Shown here: in pieces, positions 48,469 to 61,805 of the stretch
Layout: each line of letters starts with the position of its first letter
Position numbering within the stretch: position 1 is the first letter of the stretch
Source of the DNA: Ruditapes philippinarum
Lineage: Eukaryota
Direction of reading: 5' to 3'
Assembly: GCF_026571515.1 (NCBI RefSeq)
Contig: NW_026866507.1
Coordinates: 124,001 to 188,000 of the forward strand
DNA: 64,000 bases
The notes under the pieces: generated by a model
What the model was told of the DNA's origin: nothing
Databases searched by the model: none
The model's input: the letters and a program-made list of their open reading frames with translations, nothing else
Position numbers and translations under genes: made by a program

Positions 48469-50399
48469 GATCAAGGATTGACTAAAAAAATTGCTGACCG
48501 TTATTTCCCGTACTTAAAAGTTTAAAATCTGTCACCGTTTTCATATGGTAGGACAGAGGTGACATGTTTGTGTTTTTATCTATCTAATGTGCACGAGATA
48601 CTATGTCGTACGCATGAAAAACTATGTCAATCGTAAGTGACCTTACAGCTCACAACATAGTAACTCGTGCTCACGACATAGTAACTCGTACTTACGATAC
48701 AGTAACTCGTGTGCACGACTTCGTTATCTCTTATGCACGAGTAAGTTATTCGTGTGCACGATATAGTATCTCATGCGCACGAAATTGCTCATGAAGCAAT
48801 GGGTTTATTATCTCGTGCACAAGACTTAGTAACTCATGGACAGGAGTAAATAAAAACATACACATGACATCTTTGTACCACAGTATTGTCAATCTCAAAA
48901 TAGTGAGCATTTAACACACCTAATCGTTTGATATATTCTTGAGAACTGATTCTCTTACTCTCTCACTCACTCACTAATCTTACTAACTGACTGACTGGTT
49001 TACTAACTTACCGAACTAACTAACTATCCATTTAGCTAAATAACTAACTCTACTAAGTAAATTACCCAGTAAAAACCTAACTAACAAACAAACTTACTAA
49101 ACCCCAACTAACTGACTACAACCAACCAACCTACCTACCTAACTACTAAATTAACGAATATACTAATTATCGAACTATCTTACTAATTGTAATTTTATAA
49201 ACGACCGACCATGTAGCTAGCAAACCACCTACTTGTCCGTCCATTCATTCGCCTACTCACACGTATATTGTTATTGACTGGCCATCTGACCGACCATCTA
49301 ACTGATTGAGATATGCTTACAAAAATCATTACACGCAACACATAAATTAAACATGTTCTTTTTTATTATAACTATTAGTATCATTGCATTTTAATCAAGA
49401 TTTTTTTTCCTCATTAAAGACCGTGTTAATTTACTACATTTTGTTTATCAAATTTATCTCAATTTCAAATCCTTAAGTTTTAATTCTTTAACTGCACAAA
49501 CGATTCCAATCCCGATGCAAAACAATTTCAAAAATGTGTATTATGGCAATTAACCAATCAGATACTAGAATATTAGAGGCACATTGGGGACCTAATCTAA
49601 TTATTTTTATTATCAAAATTAGAATAATTAGCCTCTATGACATCCCTTTAATAACCGATAGCCCTAAGAGTTCATATTGGTACTTATACTGTTAAACAAA
49701 GAGAAAAATATGTACAAACGTACGCGTAGCTGGCCTTTGTACAAGATACAATGTATGCAAAAGGACACCTGAAAAGCATGTTATTTTCCGAAATCATTTT
49801 TCGTATTTCCGATTATCAATGGTGTCTGATTACACATGATAAACCTATATTTAAACTATCAAAGGTATCCTTGTTTAACACGTGCATGGTTGTAAGTCTA
49901 ATTTTTTTCTTTGTAATTTTTGATTCGGTGCATTCAAAGATCTTGATTAAGTCAACAATAAATCAAAAGAACGGGTGTAAAGTGTTAAATCATTGTCTGT
50001 TTAATGCCACACCAGGTGCTATGATTTTCATATGTAAATGGTTTCAGTGAAAACGTGCTCCATCATGGATTTATTACTAATTTTTAAATTTGTACTTTCA
50101 GACTTACATAAACTTGCCACGTTAATTTTCATTTTTCATATCATTACAAAAGGTAAGACAATATTATATACATGTACTTATGTGTAACATAAAGTCATGT
50201 CAGTAAAAGAAGTAATGAAACTTTGTAGAAATGAATATTGTAACGCTAAACATACCCTGTCAGTTATATTTATATCCATGCCAATGTCAGTAGTGATATA
50301 ATTCCAAAGTTTGTCATCAAATCAGAGTGTTGTACATTCAAAAAAGAGCATAACTGAACGGTTTATGTACTTTCAGGATCTACTACAACTTCACCAACC

Positions 50400-51200
50400 C
50401 CTGATACAACAACAGCTGCTCCGGATACAACATCGGCAGCAGCTCCGGATACAACAACGGCGGCTGCGGGCACGACAGCAGCTCCGGATACAACATCGGC
50501 GGCAGCTCCAGATACAACAACGACGGCTGCGAGCACAACAGCTGCTCCGGATACAACAACGGCGTCTGTGGGCACAACAGCAGCTCCGGATACCACAACG
50601 GCATCTGCGGGCACAACAGCAGCTCCGGATACCACAACGGCGTCTGTGGGCACAACAGCAGCTCCGGATACCACAACGGCATCTGCGGGCACAACAGCAG
50701 CTCCGGATACCACAACGGCGTCTGTGGGCACAACAGCAGCTCCGGATACCACAACGGCAGCTGCGGGCACAACAGCAGCTCCGGATACCACAACGGCGTC
50801 TGTGGGCACAACAGCAGCTCCGGATACCACAACGGCGGCTGGTGGCACAACAGCAGCTCCGGATACAACAACGACGGCTGCCGACACAACAGCAGCTCCG
50901 GATACACAACAACGACGGCAGCTCCGGATACAACAACGGCGGCTGCGAGCACAACAGCAGCTCCGGATACAACAACGGCGTCTGTGGGCACAACAGCAGC
51001 TCCGGATACAACAACGGCGTCTGTGGGCACACCAGCAGCTCCGGATACCACAACGGCATCTGCGGGCACAACAGCAGCTCCGGATACCACAACGGCATCT
51101 GCGGGCACAACAGCAGCTCCGGATACCACAACGACGGCTGCAGGCACAACAACAATTCCAGATGCAACAACGACAGTTGCGGGCACAACAGCGGTAGCAG
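50400..51200 (+). repeat. Coding 39 bp tandem repeat (TTAAPDTTTA[S/A][V/A]G mucin stalk)
   Basis: GCAGCTCCGGATAC recurs mostly at 39 bp spacing within exon 50377-51364. Confidence 0.92.
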
Positions 51201-52212
51201 ATACAACAGTTACGCAAGATCAACTCGGAATTAATTTAACGTATCCGTTAGCGTACGTTCAATTTTCTTTACCCGAGAACACGTCAATTGGATTCGTGAA
51301 TAAATCTGTTGCTGCGATTATTTTGACCACCACTGGAGTTCTAGATTTGAAAATTGATCCGAGGGTAGGTAGCTGATTACAATGTGAAGTAAAGAAAATC
51401 AAAACTTATGAATTTGTCCTTACATGACAATTTTAATCAAATATAAACATAATTAAGGGTCAGCATTTAAATAAAAATAAATAGAAAAGAAATCGATGGT
51501 TAAAGTAATGTTTGCGAGCCATTTCTATTGAAGCCCGCTGGTCAATAATGATTGGTTAGTTGTTGGTATCGTCTGACTAATACTTTTCCCGTTTGTATTT
51601 ATTTTTATTACAATATCTAAATTTTTAAAATCCATACCAAGATTCACGTCAAGAGTTTTGTAGTCTGTAAATGTCCGTTTGTAACGGGGGAGAATTTTGA
51701 TAATAAATTAAGAAAACTCGTGTATCACATTTTATGTATGGGTTAAAGTGTATTAGTACGTATATTGTATTTACAAAATTATATTGGTCCGCGCGAACTG
51801 TTCAATTTTGTAAATACATACTAATGAATTTTAACTGGCCTAGTGTTTTACTAGACTTATTAACAGTTTGCCGATTTACCAAAGTAAATGTGTTACGTTT
51901 CATTTGAAATACTGCATTCCTATTGGACAGAAATTAATTTCAAACAATAATATTTCTTTGTATTCAGGTATGCCGCTTTCAGATTTTAATTATTATCATA
52001 TTGTTACTTTTTTCTAGTATGAATCCACTACAGATCAACCAATTGACATGGCCAACGATGTTCAAGTCTTCTCCTTTACTGAAACAGATTCTCCTTATTA
52101 TTACCTCTTCTTGGGAAAAAGCTTAGATTATGAAAAGATAGACAAGTTTAGTCTTCTTGTGACGTAAGTGAAATGCTTGTGGTATAATTTAAATTGAATC
52201 GAAAGTTCTAAC

Positions 52213-52531
52213 TATGGTTGCTGATTTGGTACAATTTGCGCGTTGCGTTGTCGATAGCGACAACACAACCTATATCGTTATCGCCTTTTCGCATTGTCGT
52301 CTTGTCGCTAGCTTCAAACCTGAGGATTGGCTATTTGTCAAGCGACAGGGCGACATCGGAACAACGCGCCGCACGACAACGCGCCGTTTGGCGTGCTTCG
52401 CTAGCGATAGGATGACAAGACAACAGTGCGAGTGAGACAATGCGCCGTTTGAAAAGGCGATAACAATACAGGTTGTGTTGTCACTACCGACAACGCAACG
52501 CGCAAAATGTACCAAATCAGCCACATACATA
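52213..52531. mobile_element. Palindromic MITE with ~90 bp TIRs
   Basis: GCTGATTTGGTACAATTTGCGCGTTGCGTTGTCG / CGACAACGCAACGCGCAAAATGTACCAAATCAGC. Confidence 0.8.
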
Positions 52532-55500
52532 CAAGATATTTATTTATACAGAAAACAACTTTTGCAAAATAAATTCTGCTCAGCTAGTCAAGTGACTAAA
52601 AACGGGTTGAGGTCCCGCTCTTAAAAAGTAATATCTGTGACTATAACTATTAGAGAAATTTCACCACAGTATGAGTTTGAAGCTTTTCATACAAATCACT
52701 ATATATTGATAAATTCTAAGGCCTATAATTTATATGGCTTTTGGATTATAAACTAGAAATGCCAATGATCGATATTTGATAACTACTGTCTACACACCGC
52801 CGTAAAGTGATTAATCAATTAATTAATAATTGATGAATACAATTGAAGTGGATTAGTCTATAATTTAATGGGCACATTGCCCATAAGTTAGTTTTCAAAT
52901 AAATGATAAAAACGATATAGATATATGATTTAGATATTCTTATAACATATTTCGTTAAGAAAATAATTTGAGTTCAAATTGATTTAGTATGAATTAATAT
53001 AAAAGTATGCTATAGAACAATATATCGTTTTCTATAGAAATGCATTATTGTATGATATATTTCACATTTTGTAAAACATTAATATATTATTAATACATTG
53101 TATATGATTTCATCTCATTTATGATACCATACACTATCAGCATTTGGATTTATGGTATAAGAGACCTTTCCTTCGCGTATTTTTTATAATATATATTGTA
53201 TAAATATTACGATACAAACAAGCAGTATTATACGGAAAGTGGCAGCCTTCTCGAATTAATACGAACTAATGTTGATGAATTTGAATTGATACTCACGAAG
53301 AACATGTCCGCCAACTATAATATTAAAACAGCTTACATTTTACAGGCTAAGTGATACCAACGTCACCGGTGTGTCGTATACTGTCACCTTTGATATAACG
53401 ATAACTGACGTCAATGACGTAGCCCCCGTTATTCTAAACCTACCAGAGAACGTCACTCTTACAAGGGATGAGGTAAAAGGTAATACATATATATATATAT
53501 TATTATGCTCTGCGTACGATATTTATTTCTTCAAGCGAACAATTCTATGTCGGACATATATTTGCAATAGTTACGCTGTCTTAAGAAAAACCGTTGTAGC
53601 AGGGACTAAATTTATTACTTACAAGTACAAATATTTAATCAAATATGTACTTTATGTCTGTGGGTTTATGCTCATTTGTTGGTACGTCATAAAGACGGTA
53701 CGTATTGGAGAATTGTGGTCATTTAATTGTTATAGTTAAAGCATTATTCATTTCACCTTGATTTTACAATGGTTTTAATTCATTTAAACAACTCTCGAGT
53801 TGCCTAAAAATTACCAGTACTGATGTCAAACGAGGAAACATTGTCGCGACTGCAATAGGGCTTTAGGTCCCTAGATCCCTAGGTTGTGAGGCAGACACCT
53901 TGATCACTAGGACACCGCTTAGGACACAATACGTTTTTTAAGTCTATATAGATTACTTGCTCCTTGGGAATATTGCAAAAATATTGATCGGGTGTACATG
54001 TATTCATTTCCAAGATGATAAATTGAAATAGCACCATGTCACGTCACATTAGGCTACATAGTAGATTTTTTACGCGACGTATAATAAATCCCAATATTCA
54101 AACGTTTGCAGTATTGAAAATTACCGTGTTCAAGCTATTCAATTCTAGATTATAATCGATTTTTGAAATAGATCATAATCTGTAAACGAAATTCTATCAT
54201 AAGAAAAAAATGTAGCTAAACAGTACGTAACTATTATACAAATGTTGCTTTTTTGTCTTTCATTAAGGTCATCACATTTATACAATAAATAGCACAGACG
54301 CTGATGGGACGGTTGAAAATCAAGTAATAGCTTATCGAATCGTATGTAAGTACTCTTTTCATGAATTTAAAGCGGATTCAGAAAGTTTAGGAGATAATTT
54401 GCGAAAACAGTCATTTTTTGTTGTTGTTGTTGTCCACTGTTTCTAGAACGATAATGAGATTTTATTAATAAAAGATTGTTTTTGCCTTTTATAAATTGAA
54501 AATTTTACTTATTGAACTAATTTTTTATGTTTAAGCTATTCATATTGTTCAAGTCTGGAACAATAAAAAAATTGTATGTAAGGTTTTTCAACATTGTATG
54601 ATCAGTTTATCTTTTTTCTATAAATCAATACTTAATATAGTTTAAACAATAAATTTTGAATTTTTGTTCAAGCCGGGAATGAAGATGGGATATTTAGCGT
54701 TGATAATACAAGTGGAGAAGTGAAGCTTATAAAGGATGCTAACCAGATACCACCAACTGTCGACCAGTACTCCCTCAATATCTCAGCATACAGTGGTAAG
54801 AACTTATTATTTTCCTCTGTTTTTTCCCTTTTCATTCCACTGACGTCAAAAAGCCTAAAACACATAAAATATGAAAGTTTTAAAAAAGATCAATGTGAAG
54901 CACTTTTAATGGAAAAAATCTGCAAAGGATAATAAAGAAACATATTCGAAATTCTTTGTCCGATCAAAGTGATAATATTTCACTTTTTGGTCATTTTGCA
55001 CAATAAAAAATATTCATGAATAAAAAAAAACGGTGTGAGGAATGATCTGAAAATTTAAACACAAATAATTAGTTCAGACCTACATCAGATGGTACACAAA
55101 TCTCGAAAAAAAATTCCAGTCCAGTCATGACAAAAAAACTTCACGGAGTCCCTTTCAAGATACACTATTCAGATATGAGTGAAGCGTAGAATGTTTCTTA
55201 TCGGGAAATGTTATGTATTGATTTGTGAGAATTAACATTCAACAATGTTAATATTATTCACACAATAGAAAAGAAACAGTACATTTCGTTATGGAAATTT
55301 ATATAAAAAAATATTTTTTCATTTAGGAAACACTTCTATTGAGAATTCTGCAAGACTTATTGTCATTGTCCCAAACAACGCCCCAAATTGCACCCACGAC
55401 ACTGTATGGGCCAACAGTCTCGATATAAACACTGCGACCGTTGGAACTATAATAACAGTAAGTGAATATTTACTGACAATAAACTTATTTTATAACATAT

Positions 55501-56029
55501 TTAGCGACTTCGTAAAAACGGTATTGCACTGCCGTGCATATAATTATTTTAATGTAACTTCATTTGCGTTATACCAACTTAGCGTAAAGACGTGCTTAAT
55601 TTCAGCATTTCACTATATGCACGTCAATGAAAACGTTATTCTGTTCCTCACTGTAAACAGTTCTTTTTTGGGTATGTGATTAATAGAGCTATATTCATTG
55701 ACTTTTTTGAATAAAATAATATTTTGCTCGCCTATGATATTTTTTTCAACTCGTTCAATAAATTCAGTATTGAACTTACACTTATTCAATATCCTCTATT
55801 TACTAGATGAAAAGAATTTTTGAACATTTCGAATACAGATATACATAAAATCTAGGACTTGAGGAAATATACATGACCTTAGTTATGTTTACATTGATAG
55901 ACATGCGATTCAAATCACACTATTTGTTGGCATTTAAAAGATCATGAGTAAGAGATTCAACTACTCTGTTAAGGGATACATCAGAGGTTGAAAGGGTGGT
56001 TCTTTTATGTTGAATGTTTTGAATATACA

Positions 56030-57300
56030 CCTTATGATTGGATTACAGCTATTGACAAAAATGAAATAGTTGGTTCAATTTTCCTTGATATCTCTATTTA
56101 AAGCTATTGACTATGTGGATCACTCTATTATTATTGAAAAGCTTAGAATGTATAACCTAGACCCTACATCAGTTGCTTGGTTTTCCTCCTATTTAGATTG
56201 CAGAACCCAACAAACTTACATAGTCGGTTTATATTCAGAGTCAAATTCAGTAACTACTGGAGTTCCTCAGGGCTCAGTGCTAGGTCCTAGACTGTTTTAA
56301 TCTATATCAATGACCTGCCTTGGTCTATGGAAAAAAACAGAAACTGATATTTTTGCTGATGACACCACCTTTTCAACCTCTGATGTATCCCTTAACAGAG
56401 TAGTTGAATCTCTTACTCATGATCTTTTAAATGGCAACAAATGGTGTGATTTGAATCGCATGTCTATCAATGTTAACAAAACTAAGGTCATGTATATTTC
56501 CTCAAAACACAAGCAAAATTATATGTATGAAAGTAATTCTTGTATTTCATATAAAACAGAGCAAATTGTTTGTAGCACTGGGTATTACCATAAATTACAC
56601 CTTATCTTGGAAAAGTCATATTGATAATGTTCTCATTGTTACATTTATCATCTCGTATAAAATTATTCATATCTATACCTGTACGTAAAATGTTCTACAA
56701 TGCATATATTTTACCACATCTTGACTAATGGTGCTTCATTTACGGGACTTGTACGTCTTTTCTAGAAGATAAACTCACTAAGTTCCAAAAAAGATCTGCA
56801 CGAGTAATTCTATAGACAAAGATTATGAACTTTGTCTGAACTGCTGGATGACCTTTTCACAGAGGGTTGTTTTTCAAAAAGCTATTATGATGTTTAAAAT
56901 AATGAATAATCAGGCACCTTCCTATTTATTGAATAATTTCATTTAATCGTCAGATGTTTATACTCGCATTTTGCGTTCATCATCTGATTTTCAACTTTAT
57001 ACCCCTAGACCAAATACTGAACAATTTCGTAAGTCTTTTGTTTATTTTGTATCTTGTATTTGGAACGGCCTTCCTGATTATATTAAGTCTGCTACATCTG
57101 TGAACCATTTTAAAACATTATACTTGAGGTTAATATCACACGTTGATGTATACAAATTGTTTTTACATTTATGTATTTTAATAGTTTGAATATGTTAAAT
57201 TTATGTTGTTCCTTGTTGAGGGCCTCATGGAAGATTGATATGTTTGTTCAAATGAGTTCTTTTGTTAAATAAAGTCATTATTATTATTTTTATTATTATA
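56030..57300 (+). mobile_element. 5'-truncated, decayed LINE (L2/Crack/CR1 group)
   Basis: KAIDYVDH, WFSSYL..RTQ, GVPQGSVLGP, YINDLP, FADDTT, INVNKTKVM, IWNGLP across frames; AATAAA followed by (ATT)n tail. Confidence 0.88.
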
Positions 57301-59369
57301 ATAACATTTGGTGAAAAGTTGCTACCATTTTATCATCGCAAAAATAGTTTTACAACTACCAATAATAGTCAAAAGAGTTTTTTGCTATATATTTGATGTA
57401 AGGAATGAACATTGTGAGAGCATATAAGAAACTGTTATTTAAACTTTTTTTTTAACTACCGTGTTGCGATCGTTAAATTTCGCCACAATTTGTGTTGATT
57501 ACAATTTGTAATCATTACATTGTTTTTTAACGATGGTTTATGAAAATGAACGAGTACAGCTATTTTATAATCATCACTTGTAATGTATGTGTACTATGTA
57601 TTTAGAGCAAGGAAATATGCGCATTTCTTAACAGTTCCTTTATATAATTTATCTGTCATCATCGTTGTCGTCATCATCGTCCTCCTCCCATCCTTCCACC
57701 TCCTCTTTATCATAAATATCATCATTATTGTTATGTTCTTTTCTAACACAATTAGTTCTTTGATTCCTGGAGCTGTTCAGATGTAGGGGATACGATGACA
57801 TACAGCATAGTTTCAGGTAACATACTCGTATAATTTTGAATTTATTTATTTCACTTCCAATAGGCTAATAAGCCCATGAGGACAACATATTACAAACATA
57901 CTATATATGACATGACAGAGTAATGCATGATAATGATAATAATACATTTCTTTTTCAAATATTTGAAATATAGGAGAAGGTTGAAACTCAACCTTAAAAA
58001 ACAATTATTCAATACAATACATTATAATATATATGCAATCATGGGAATAGAACTCCAATTTTTAATCAAGCTTTATCGAAATCGAAAACAAAAGAGAAAA
58101 GGTCAACTCATTGGCTATTCGTGAAACATCATCATCAAAATAACAGTAGATTGATTCAAATATCATTAATTATATTTTTTCTCTTTGAAACTTTTAGTAT
58201 TGAATTTTATACCTTGAAAGGAGTAATATTTCCACTGTGCTGTGGCAACCAAAAGAAGAGAAGAAGAAAAATGCTGAGATATATACATTATTTTACATGT
58301 ATCATTGCCCGTACATAACGTTATTTCTAATAGCAAAAGCGTTGTATACATATATTCCTGAATTTCTAATAACAGTTTTGTTATCAGATTTAATCAATTC
58401 TAAAAACTTAAACGTATTCGGTCTATTCCAATAGTATCTTGGTATATACATATCATTGGTATATCATTGAATTGATATTAGAAATCAGTAACAAATTAAT
58501 TACAAATTTCATATTTCAAATATATTTTCCAACGAGTTATAGCTTATTGAATTATCCAAATAATTAGGTCATCTATTTAAGCCAAGATTATTTTTCAAAT
58601 CTTCGATAATTAATTTCAAACATGGAGTACTAGTTAAGGGAAAGAGATATACTACGAATATTGTTGACTAAAAAATCAAAAGCCTTTCTTTCAACATCTT
58701 TCGTTCATTTCATTATTTTAAACTTGCGTCTTTGAATCTTTTGTTTCATTTAGTCAGTCCAAATTTGACATCAGCATTTACTATTGATTCTTCAACCGGG
58801 ACTGTCTCACTTTTACGCACTATATCGTCAGCCGAAGTTCCAAACAGACAGTTTATGCTAGATATTGCTGTTAAAGATGCCATAAATCAAACGGTACAGT
58901 CATATTTCTGCTTGTTTTCCAATCTTTCCAAGTTTTTTTTTGTCCTTAACTCCATGCATGTCTGTATTTTAAAATATATGTTTGAGCGCTTGATAAAAAA
59001 ACACACAAAAAACAACAAAAACAACATTAAATTGAAACAATTTTATTCGTACGATTGTTTACAAAAATCCAATAAATAAACATGAAACATACTATTAACA
59101 TTCCTCTTTTATTTGTGATGACATTTATAACAATCATACCTTAAGTTGTTTATTATTTCATAAGCGTATATATTGAGGATAAAGTAAAATGATTTTCGTA
59201 AACCAAAGGTAAGAATATGATTTTCTAATTTGCAGGTTACATTCAGTATATAAATGAACGTTACCACCATATCGTGTCTTGCAAACCCAAGGAATTTGTA
59301 TGTCCGCATGGATCAAGGTAAGTTGTATATTTATCCAAAATAGGCTTATGGGCTTCTCTGTATGTCTCT

Positions 59370-59439
59370 CATCGTCGGATACCCACTGTTGATTAACATG
59401 ATAAATGTTAATAGTTCGGCCGTGGGTATCCCATCATGC
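59370..59439. mobile_element. Second, decayed copy of the 895-977 hairpin MITE
   Basis: CATCGTCGGATACCCAC...CCGTGGGTATCC. Confidence 0.6.
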
Positions 59440-61805
59440 TTCATAAAAACAAAGAGCAATATACGGTTTATAGCCATATGATAAAAGTATAATATTTTGT
59501 AAATTATATAAATCAATGTTTATGTCTATATAGACTAAAATTCTTTCAAACGGAACAAGAAAAAGGGCATTAAATTGTATGACTAAGATATAGACCTGAA
59601 AAAAACACTGAAAAAAATATATTTACCCGATAGCCTAACCTACTAGAAAACAGGAACTATTTAGATAAATTGTATATACCTTATAAATATTTCATACCTG
59701 AGGTTTATTTACATTAAAATATAAATGTTTTGTAGAGTTGGGTGGAGTTATATTAGATAATTTTAACTGCACTGTCACTAGTGGTCTGACGTTCTCCATG
59801 ACGCAATATCCGGTTGGTACTTTTGAAATCAATGAAAAATCACAACTGGTTTTAAGAGGTAAGGTTAAGGTCTGTACTAAATCACAACATGGCTGTAAAT
59901 TTATTAAGAATTTAACTTAAAAGGGAGATATTTTACAAACAAATTGCCCAGGTATAAATAGTTAGCAACATCTTTCAGAGCAACAATGAAACAAATAGCA
60001 AATATCGTTTTAGAATGAGAAATATGCTTATTACAGTAAACACTTTTTTGTATTTTGATTCCACTCCCTCTATCCAGGTTGTCTGGTCAATCCCCGTACC
60101 AGTTACCCATCCTCTCTCCCTTACTGATGCATATATACTGTTTTTTAAATTGATACTTATTTTCAAAAACGTCATTACCTTTTTCTTTCAGCCTCCGTGG
60201 TGAAAATAAAATTCTACAGCCTGTCAGTTACAATAACACATGGTTCGGAAGAAGTTTTTCTCAAGTTTCAAGTTATCATCCAAACAAGACGGTGCGGCGT
60301 TGCCGGGGGAATTTCACATCATTTACAACAGAACAAAAACGAAATTATTTTGTTCGTATGTTGCTGGACAATTTTATGGAAATTCTTTTACACCGATTTT
60401 CTTTTTACATAAAAATATGAGAAGAAATTTATTATTGTGACTATATTCTTGACGAGGTGTTTACCTTACATTGAAAGTATATCTTATTGTTTTAATTGCA
60501 ATTGATTTAAAACACGGTAATACTTTATAGTAGCAGCCTAGCCCGTCATTTTGTAGTTTAAAAATTTGATAAATTAAGCTAAAGCAAGTTTAAAAAAGTT
60601 ATGTTTTTCTTAGCTAGTGTATATGAGTACTTAAATCCTATAATTGATTTATTTTGGAAACAAACTTGATTTTGCACTGTCATAATGAAACTAATTAATG
60701 CAATAATGTATTATGGGCAAGGGACTTTCATTGTATAAGTTTGAAGTGATTGATAGTAAAGGAATGACAAGAACCATTATTCCTGTTATTGTTCTTTTCT
60801 CCACTGTGGCTTCTAGAGCATTTAAGATAGCAAATTAACCACTTGTTCTACTTTCTTTGTATCCGACTTGATCATGTAATCTGAACATATATGTACATAA
60901 TTGAGTAGCTCAAAATATTCGTAATATATTCGTTACAACTGCAAACATCTCAAAACATATCGTCAAATGATAAGATCTGAAATTTCCTTGCTATTATTCT
61001 TCTAATTGCACTCGGGAATTTAGTTATTGTAAGCATATATCAACTTGCAAGCTAGTGCTTCGGATGTTCCGTAATCAAATAAGCGTGATTCACGAAAGGA
61101 ATCTAAATATATATATTTACACATTTATTTTTCTGTCTACAATTTTCCGCTCATGACTTTCTTTCATTCATATTTAAATAAACATATATGTTAACTTGAA
61201 ACTTAATGAAGCAATTTGGAGTCGTCATATAACGAACATGCATGGTCGTGACCGAACCTACTATCACTCAGCTGAAACAATGGTGACTAAACCACTGAGA
61301 ATGTTAGACGTTAAGAGGAGATAATTATCTGAATGCCGGTCAAGCTGACCTTTTACCTAAAAACATCAAATGTATTTATAACATATTTGAATGAAATATT
61401 TAATGAACATGTTAAGAAATTATATGGAACTTTATTGGATGAAGCCATTGATACAAACACCAATTGCAGACATAATGTGATGAGCATTATTGTACCGAAT
61501 GATATGATCAATTTACTTTACAAATACAAGTAATTTAATAAATATAATTCTAAACTGAAATAAATTACATCTAGGATATTCAGAAATGAATACTAGTAAA
61601 TGAGAATTGTTGTCGTTGTAATTATAGTTAAATGTGCTTCGATAATTAACGTACGTGTAAATATGCATGTTTTATACAAAAACCAAATTTTCAGAATAAT
61701 GAACTTGGTCGCTATACAACTTATTTTCAGAACAGATACGGATTCCTTTTAAAGGAATATCATCTTTTACTGTTTGCACATTTTACTCTCACAAGAACAC
61801 AACTA

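Larger units (their letters stand above)
46923..50161. repeat. Segmental duplicate of 27284-37347 (without the 28738-36880 insertion, with its own LINE)
   Basis: Colinear matches: CTGTCGCGAATACATG, SURF2 exon 1 relic, GATCAAGGAT..ACCGTTATTTCCCGTACTT, MITE, microsatellite, CACATTGGG, CCTAAGAGTTCATAT, TGTACAAACGTACGCGTA, ending AGGTAAGACAA. Confidence 0.92.
37288..60412 (+). pseudogene. CUB-CUB-Thr/Ala mucin-cadherin repeat surface protein gene with three disabling lesions in this sequence
   Basis: Phase-compatible exons: 37288-37338 (hydrophobic, tentative), 40804-40903, 41526-41638, 42136-42294 (CUB1: FSSPAYPADYP, DCTWHI, LKIYDG, FQSDG..GF), 42594-42681, 43455-43513 joined to 45313-45362, 45878-46039 (CUB2), 50377-51364 (mucin, start of cadherin), 52018-52163 (LDYE), 53346-53479 (DVNDVAP), 54268-54345 (TDAD), 54673-54795 (FSVDNTSGEV), 55327-55457, 57756-57816, 58754-58893, 59236-59317, 59736-59858, 60192-60412 (hydrophobic tail, TAA). 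Lesions: TE inside a CUB2 exon, frameshift ~50906, in-frame TAA 59251-59253. Initiator exon not located. Confidence 0.75.

Noticed and set aside
50311-51234. Gln-rich, Cys-rich and Val/Ala-rich ORFs in other frames and on the minus strand
   Set aside because: Alternative readings of the stop-poor 39 bp repeat; splice phase supports the Thr/Ala frame.
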